Positions 58,144 to 64,000 of a stretch of DNA of 64,000 bases are shown one piece after another. Source of the DNA: Candidatus Ozemobacteraceae bacterium (GTDB lineage: Bacteria; Muiribacteriota; Ozemobacteria; Ozemobacterales; Ozemobacteraceae). The stretch's first letter is position 1. Each line of letters starts with the position of its first letter. The position numbers and the translations under genes are program-made. The DNA lies in the NCBI GenBank assembly GCA_965140445.1, contig OZ223236.1, positions 1,216,001-1,280,000 of the forward strand, given 5' to 3'. The notes beneath the pieces were generated by a model. The model did not search any database and was not told the DNA's origin. It worked only from the letters and a program-made list of their open reading frames with translations.

Positions 58144-59751
58144 ATGAAAAAGTTGTTCAGAGTTTCGTTGTTGATACTGATGGTTTTGTCCTGGCAATCT
58201 GCTCAAGGTGCAGAGCTAAATTGGAAAGCAAACCTGGATTCCATACTGAATAAAGGTTTTGAAAATCTGGCAACTTCAACTGTTAAAGAAATGTCGTTCG
58301 ACCCAGCTGTGGTCCAAAAGACTGCAGCTGGGGTTCCGAACTGGCAAACCTTGATTAAACATATTCAAAATAGAAGTTTTTCCCAGCCGGAAAAACGTGG
58401 CGAATTGTCTCTTTACACCATGACCGGAAGCGATGGAAAAGAGCGTCCCTGGGTTCTTTATGTTCCAGAGAGTTACTGGCACAAAAGATCTACGCCAGCT
58501 ATGATTGCTTTGCATGGTGGCGTTTCAAGGGTTTCGCTAGCCGAAGATCCTATAGAATGGGCAAGTAATTCGCCATGGTTGGACCTGGCTAAGACTAATG
58601 GCTGGTTTGCCATTTTCCCTTACGGACAGGAAGGCGCAACCTGGTGGGATGTAACAGGAATGGAAAACATTCGCCGCCAGCTCCACATCGTTAAAGAAAA
58701 CTTCAATATTGATGACGACCGGGTTTATATGGCAGGGTTTTCCGATGGCTCTTCTGCTGGCTTCCTGCACGCTATGCTTCGCCCGGACAATTTCGCAGCT
58801 ATCATTGCTCTGAACGGTCACATGGGCGTAGGAAGCCTCGATGGCGACCTTCCCACCTATGCTCCCAATATGATGAATACGCCTATTTACACGGTTACGA
58901 CTGACAACGATGGGCTTTATCCCACTAAGGTTATGGGAAAGACTATTGAAATGGCTATTAAGGCCGGGGCTGATATCTTCTATCGCCAGCTTCCGGGGAC
59001 TCACAGTTTCGATTATGCAAAAACAGAATTGCCAATTATCGCAAAATTTATTGAAAAAAATCCTAGAAATACTGTTCCAGAAAAGATTTTCTGGGAGGTT
59101 GGGGAAACCGAATTCGGAAGATGTCGCTGGATCGAAATCCTCGAAGTGCTGCCCACCGAGAAGGCCAGCTGGCACAAGGATCATAATTGTATTCTGATTT
59201 CTGACCGGGTAAGTGTTGGGTTTATGCCACGCAAGTCAGATCATGGCGTTAAAGTGGGGCGGGTTCTTGATAAAACCTACGCCGCGCAGATTGGTATTCA
59301 GAATAATGATATTATTGTTAAAGCTGGTGGCATGAAAGTCAATAATAATGACGATCTTGAGGCGGCTAAAGCCAGTGTAAAACGTGGCGATCAATTTGAT
59401 ATTTGTGTTGAGCGTGCCTCTGAAACCATTGAACTGAAAGGTCGCTTGCCCGCGCCTGAGCTATACAATCTTTTTAAGCGTGATGTGCCTTCTGCGGCAG
59501 TAAAAGTTTTGCAAATCGGGAATCGTGTTGAAATTGAGGGTTCCAGAGTTGGACAGTTAAGGGTTTATGTAAATGAAGATCAGTTCAACCTGAACGAAAA
59601 GCTGGTTATCAATTACAATGGCACTGAAGTTTTTAATGAAATGGTAGTGCCTGACAAGGAATTTATTCTGGAAAACTATCTGCAGAACCGGGATAGAAAA
59701 ATGCTGCCAATTGCAAAAATTGATCTTGATTTAAAGAAAATCAGCAGATAA
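58144..59751 (+). CDS. Secreted alpha/beta-hydrolase (esterase/peptidase) with PDZ domain
   Basis: LYVPESY, IALHGG, nucleophile motif AGFSDG, HSFDY; PDZ-like GIQNNDIIVKAGG. Confidence 0.82.
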   Translation: MKKLFRVSLLILMVLSWQSAQGAELNWKANLDSILNKGFENLATSTVKEMSFDPAVVQKTAAGVPNWQTLIKHIQNRSFSQPEKRGELSLYTMTGSDGKERPWVLYVPESYWHKRSTPAMIALHGGVSRVSLAEDPIEWASNSPWLDLAKTNGWFAIFPYGQEGATWWDVTGMENIRRQLHIVKENFNIDDDRVYMAGFSDGSSAGFLHAMLRPDNFAAIIALNGHMGVGSLDGDLPTYAPNMMNTPIYTVTTDNDGLYPTKVMGKTIEMAIKAGADIFYRQLPGTHSFDYAKTELPIIAKFIEKNPRNTVPEKIFWEVGETEFGRCRWIEILEVLPTEKASWHKDHNCILISDRVSVGFMPRKSDHGVKVGRVLDKTYAAQIGIQNNDIIVKAGGMKVNNNDDLEAAKASVKRGDQFDICVERASETIELKGRLPAPELYNLFKRDVPSAAVKVLQIGNRVEIEGSRVGQLRVYVNEDQFNLNEKLVINYNGTEVFNEMVVPDKEFILENYLQNRDRKMLPIAKIDLDLKKISR

Positions 59752-60372
59752 TTAAGGGGTCGATGAAGCCAGCTTTAGAGCGTAACCTTTGTATCCGTTC
59801 ATGTCACCAAACCTGTTTTGCCCCAGATAATCATCCAGGTTGCTGTTTTCCATGCTTGGCGAGTCATTAACGAAGGTTGCCTGAGTCGGTGAAAGGGACC
59901 CTAAAGTCCAGCCAACCGGGGTGTTAACACCAGAAGAATCATCCCATTCCTCGAAAGAACCCATTCCCGGAACCGTAGTAGAGGCAACCAGATTTTTTTG
60001 AACTTGCCAGTAAAGCTGGCCTGCACCTGTTCCCCATCTGTAATTAGGGATAGCCGGATCAGAGGGATCGGGATGAATCAATAAATTATTGTTTTCCAGG
60101 GCTTTTATATAGTTGTTAACTTTAACAGGGTCTGTCGGGTCAGCATAAAGAGCGTCAAATTCAATAAGGCATGGACTTGAGCCAAGCATGGCTCTTTCAA
60201 TATCCATTGCGGCTCTAATATGGCCGATTGTGACCGCAAATTCCTGTTCTACTGCGCGCTCTTGAAGGGTGTTATACTCGGGGAGAAGGCGAGTTGCCAT
60301 TATTCCGGTGATTACAATCAGCACCAGAAGGCCAAGAAACAGGTTTCCTCTTTTGTTAAAAATGCTTCGCAT
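59752..60372 (-). CDS. Prepilin/type II secretion pseudopilin-like protein
   Basis: MRSIFNKRG followed by a hydrophobic helix; non-canonical cleavage motif. Confidence 0.55.
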   Translation of the reverse strand: MRSIFNKRGNLFLGLLVLIVITGIMATRLLPEYNTLQERAVEQEFAVTIGHIRAAMDIERAMLGSSPCLIEFDALYADPTDPVKVNNYIKALENNNLLIHPDPSDPAIPNYRWGTGAGQLYWQVQKNLVASTTVPGMGSFEEWDDSSGVNTPVGWTLGSLSPTQATFVNDSPSMENSNLDDYLGQNRFGDMNGYKGYALKLASSTP

Positions 60373-60826
60373 AATTTTTTTCTCCAAGTTAATTATACGG
60401 TAAACTTTGAAGCTTAACAATGTACCCTTGTGGTTGAACTGTTCTGACGGCAAGAATGAAGAAAATCTGTCTTTTTTGGGGTTCATTTTACTCTCTAATT
60501 AAGGGTGTAACGTAAAAGGACAGGGTTTTTTAATGGCAAATAATTTAGTGAGAAAAAAACGGCTTGCCTTGTTTTAAAGGTTTTGCAGGGAAAAATGAAA
60601 ATAGAAATACAAAAAAATACTTCCAAATTTGAGTTAAATGGGAAAATTGCCTGGAAAAGTAATTAAAAATTAAATATTTGTGATAAAAAATCCTGAAAAT
60701 TTAAAAAAAAGTTTAAAAAGTTAAAAAAAACAAAATAAATGCTCAAATTAGTGGTAATTTTTAGGTTTTTAGAAGTGTACATGGACAAATTTAGCGTCTC
60801 TTCTTATGATTAAGTATGAGGGAATG

Positions 60827-63800
60827 ATGAAAACTAGGGATTTTTACACGGTTGGTTGGTTATTAATTTTCGTCTTTTTGTTTAATCCGGCGGGTGTTTT
60901 TGCTGCATCTAAGGTTTTAACTTCACAGGCGGATTTTGCCGCGGGAAACACCAGTCAGTTAATTGACGCTGATGTTGATGGGAACCCTAAAGACTACCTC
61001 AGATTAATTAATACAAACCCGGGAATGGACGGAACTCCTGGGGATAAACTTGCGCCTGGTTCAGGGCGTGTTTTTGCTTTTAAAAGACATATCCCGCTAA
61101 CTGAAACCCGTGGTCGTGATCGCTTTTTAGAAAAGATTCAACTTAATATTGAACAGATAAGTGGAGCAAAAGAAAACTGGGGAGATTTACGCCTGGTAAA
61201 CTCTGCCGGAAATTCTGTTCCATTCAGAATTCTAAATTTTGAAACACCAGTTGATAATCCCAATTCTTATGTAACTCTTTTGTTTGAGGCCTACGCCAGT
61301 CAGTCTGCTGTTACAGATTACTGGTTATACTACGGCAACCCGAACGCGACTTCGGTTGCAGTTGATAACATCAGCCCATTTTATCTTCTTAATCATGATT
61401 TTGAAGATGGTTCCAATAACTGGGCAGTCTGTTCTGCAAGCACTCTTAATTCCAACGTGGTTGTTCTCGGTTTGCTTGACGGAGTTTCTATTTTGCCCTC
61501 GGGCTATGTCGGTTATGAAAGCAAAGGTTGTTTGCAGGCGTATTATCCTGAAGGTGGAGATAATGGAAACGAAAATGGGAAGTGGCGGGGCTGGTCTCAG
61601 ACTGTTACCGGGCCAACCGCTGATCTTTACATCGCAACTGCTTACAAGAAAAGTTATTCAGGTGCTTATGATAAAAGATTGAATACATATTTGCGTCACA
61701 TTCAGTCTGGCGCAGATTCTACAACAAATATCCCGGCTGGGGTTACTGATTGGACGACACAGTCCCTTGAATTTAATACTGGCGGAACCAGAACTTTTGA
61801 GCTTGCGGCAGGGATGTATTTTGGAACCAGTGTTAATACCGGTTGGCGTGAGCGAGGAACCTACATAGACTGGATTGATGTTCAGCCTAAATATCCTCTT
61901 AACAAGGTTTTGGGAATCAAAGAAAGTGCTGGTTACAACGCTGTTGGCTCTTTCACCTCTGCTGCAATTGATACAGGAATTACCTCGCCACAATTTGGGA
62001 AAATTACCTGGATAGCCAATACAAACTCTCCCGGGACCTCGGTTTATTTCCAGACCAGATCCGGGGGAAGCCTTGCTGCGCTGAATACAGCACCCTGGAG
62101 CGCAGATATCAATGTTAATGGTGCCGATATACCAAGTGCCAATGCAAGGTATCTGCAGGTAAGAGCGTTTCTCGAAACAACTGATACCGCTTATACTCCT
62201 GTGCTTGATGAAATTGAGGTTTTCTTTGATTTGCCAGCGACCAAGCTTCAGGTGCTTACGCCAGCCAATGTAACAGCGGGGGATTATTTTGATTTCAGGG
62301 TTACAGCCCTTGATAACTTTAATGCGACCGCAACCACATTTGTTGGAAATGTAACCATGTATTCGGTTCCGGCCGGTGTAACATTTTTACCCAATGTGAG
62401 TTATGTTTTTCAGCCTGAAGATCAGGGAACCGCTTTGTTTCAGGCGCGAAAAACCAATGTGGGGAATTTTGAAATTTTCGCGACGTCTGTAGGACTTACA
62501 GACGGTGCTTCAGGGAATATCGTCTGCGGGCCCGGGCCGGTTAGCCAACTGGTTATGGTGGCCCCACCGGGGACGGTTACGGCCGGGAACCACTTTAATA
62601 TAAGTATTGAGGCCCGGGACCGATACGGCAATGTTGATACGAATGCCAACCTGACTTTAACTTCGTATTGTGCCGACCCCTATCCGGCGTCTATTACCCC
62701 TGCTATACAGCTTACGGGTGGCTACGCAACATTGCCGAATACGGTTTTGTTTACAAAACCGTCCCAGACTATAGTGCTACAGGCGCCATCAAATGGTATG
62801 GAAGTCCAGACCAGCATAAACGTTAATGCCGCTGCGACAAATAAACTTCGTTTAGCGGCAGATCCTGATCAGTATCAGAATGTCCCCTTTGATTTAACAG
62901 TTGATGCAGTGGATGTTTATGGCAATGTTACAGGTTACGGTGCTGCGTATAATCTTTCTCTCTCTGCAGGTGCTATTGCTCCGAATACAGGAACACTCGT
63001 AAGTGGCACAAAGACCCAGAGTGAAACCATTGATACTGAAGGAAACATTACTATTTCAGCGGTTTCCGGCGCATTTAACGGAAACATGGGAGTTATTGTT
63101 CATCCTCAGACCCCAGCCGCTCTTGATACTTTTAGAGTTGACGCCGGTTCTATTCAGCTTGCTGGTGTGCCTTTTACTCTAACGATTGAAGCATTGGATG
63201 AATTTCTGAATCTTCTACCAAGTTATAAGGGGGCATGCCGTCTGACGGTTAATGTCGGCTCTATTACTCCTGAATTTACGGCGGGCTACAGTTTTCTGGA
63301 CGGGATCATGGCCATTCCCGTAAAGGTTTCTGGAGCAAGTGATACCGTTGTTATAACCGTTTATGACCTGAAGGATAATACCAAGCTTGGTATGACCTAT
63401 ATTACTGTTCAGTCTTCAACTCTGGATCACTTTGATGTAACTGCTCCCGCAGCATTGAAAGCCGGGGCATCCTGCACTTTTGAGGTCCGACCCAGAGATT
63501 CATCCGGAAACCTGTTAACCAAATATACGGGAACTATTTCGATCTCAAATACTTCTACGGGGGGCGATGTCTTTTGTCCTTCGATTTATACTTTCCAGCC
63601 TTCAGACAATGGGGTAAAGACTTTTACAGCAACAGAAGCAGCTCGCTTTACCAAGGCTGAAGTGGTCAGGCTCAGGGTAGAGGATGCCGGTCGGCGTGGA
63701 TTATCAGAGTTTATCGAAATCATGGCGGCTTCGGATAGCCCGAAAATAGAGATTAGACCGGATAAATTTACGATCGAACTTGGAGAATCGCTTTCATACA

Positions 63801-64000
63801 ACGCGATTTTGACAGATCCATATCAGAACCCTCTTGAAGGTTTTACTGGAACCTTAAATTTAAACTATACTGATCCTGCAGTTACTGGTCCTGCAAACTA
63901 CACCTATCTTGATTTTGAAGATGGTTCCCATAGATTTTTGAATCAGGTTCGCTCAACACAGTTGGGAAGCTTTACTATTGAAGCCACCGAGCCAGTGTCG
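60827..64000 (+). CDS. Large secreted surface protein with DUF2341-like and Ig-like repeats (partial, runs off window end)
   Basis: Manual translation MKTRDFYTVGWLLIFVFLFNPAGVFA (signal), WGDLRLVNSAG..YWLYYGNP, repeated AG..F...V.A.D.YGN units; spot-checked in frame to the window end. Confidence 0.75.
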   Translation, partial: MKTRDFYTVGWLLIFVFLFNPAGVFAASKVLTSQADFAAGNTSQLIDADVDGNPKDYLRLINTNPGMDGTPGDKLAPGSGRVFAFKRHIPLTETRGRDRFLEKIQLNIEQISGAKENWGDLRLVNSAGNSVPFRILNFETPVDNPNSYVTLLFEAYASQSAVTDYWLYYGNPNATSVAVDNISPFYLLNHDFEDGSNNWAVCSASTLNSNVVVLGLLDGVSILPSGYVGYESKGCLQAYYPEGGDNGNENGKWRGWSQTVTGPTADLYIATAYKKSYSGAYDKRLNTYLRHIQSGADSTTNIPAGVTDWTTQSLEFNTGGTRTFELAAGMYFGTSVNTGWRERGTYIDWIDVQPKYPLNKVLGIKESAGYNAVGSFTSAAIDTGITSPQFGKITWIANTNSPGTSVYFQTRSGGSLAALNTAPWSADINVNGADIPSANARYLQVRAFLETTDTAYTPVLDEIEVFFDLPATKLQVLTPANVTAGDYFDFRVTALDNFNATATTFVGNVTMYSVPAGVTFLPNVSYVFQPEDQGTALFQARKTNVGNFEIFATSVGLTDGASGNIVCGPGPVSQLVMVAPPGTVTAGNHFNISIEARDRYGNVDTNANLTLTSYCADPYPASITPAIQLTGGYATLPNTVLFTKPSQTIVLQAPSNGMEVQTSINVNAAATNKLRLAADPDQYQNVPFDLTVDAVDVYGNVTGYGAAYNLSLSAGAIAPNTGTLVSGTKTQSETIDTEGNITISAVSGAFNGNMGVIVHPQTPAALDTFRVDAGSIQLAGVPFTLTIEALDEFLNLLPSYKGACRLTVNVGSITPEFTAGYSFLDGIMAIPVKVSGASDTVVITVYDLKDNTKLGMTYITVQSSTLDHFDVTAPAALKAGASCTFEVRPRDSSGNLLTKYTGTISISNTSTGGDVFCPSIYTFQPSDNGVKTFTATEAARFTKAEVVRLRVEDAGRRGLSEFIEIMAASDSPKIEIRPDKFTIELGESLSYNAILTDPYQNPLEGFTGTLNLNYTDPAVTGPANYTYLDFEDGSHRFLNQVRSTQLGSFTIEATEPVS

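Noticed and set aside
61284..63801. Short ORFs listed in the last 3 kb
   Set aside because: They overlap the long plus-strand frame starting near 60827 that runs off the window end

Overview
Bacterial chromosomal window, AT-rich; no rRNA, tRNA or CRISPR array seen. 1-19.5 kb is mostly housekeeping or secreted-protein genes: a partial phospholipase D, clpB with a sigma-54-type promoter, LOG, a two-subunit ATP-citrate lyase, and a DtxR-FeoA plus split feoB iron-uptake operon. 19.6-20.3 kb is a decayed in-frame chimera of the 5' end of the gene at 14700-16094 and the 3' end plus terminator of type III glnA. It separates two different cargo blocks, one of which holds a type III PKS / U32 Fe-S protein / methyltransferase cluster. 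29.9-38.7 kb carries two secreted PI-PLC-domain proteins, sdaA and an ankyrin protein. About 37-57 kb is a defence and accessory island organised around a RAYT/IS200-like HUH transposase. Gene blocks there are delimited by GGTCCGACCC-type motifs trailed by stuttered 6-7 bp micro-repeats, by transposase 3' remnants and by a second hairpin-plus-CGGTGCCGGGGAC end family. Cargo includes a Gabija-like pair, DUF3800 with a convergent small RNA, a GHKL/MORC nuclease, an RsbW-like kinase paired with a STAS-MORC-nuclease fusion, a DAC-domain protein, and hsdR/rhuM remnants. The window ends in a large partial secreted protein. The best novelty candidates are the RAYT-linked cassette and stutter system, the kinase / STAS-MORC-nuclease module, and the U32-equipped type III PKS cluster. 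All family calls come from motif reading by eye, not database searches.
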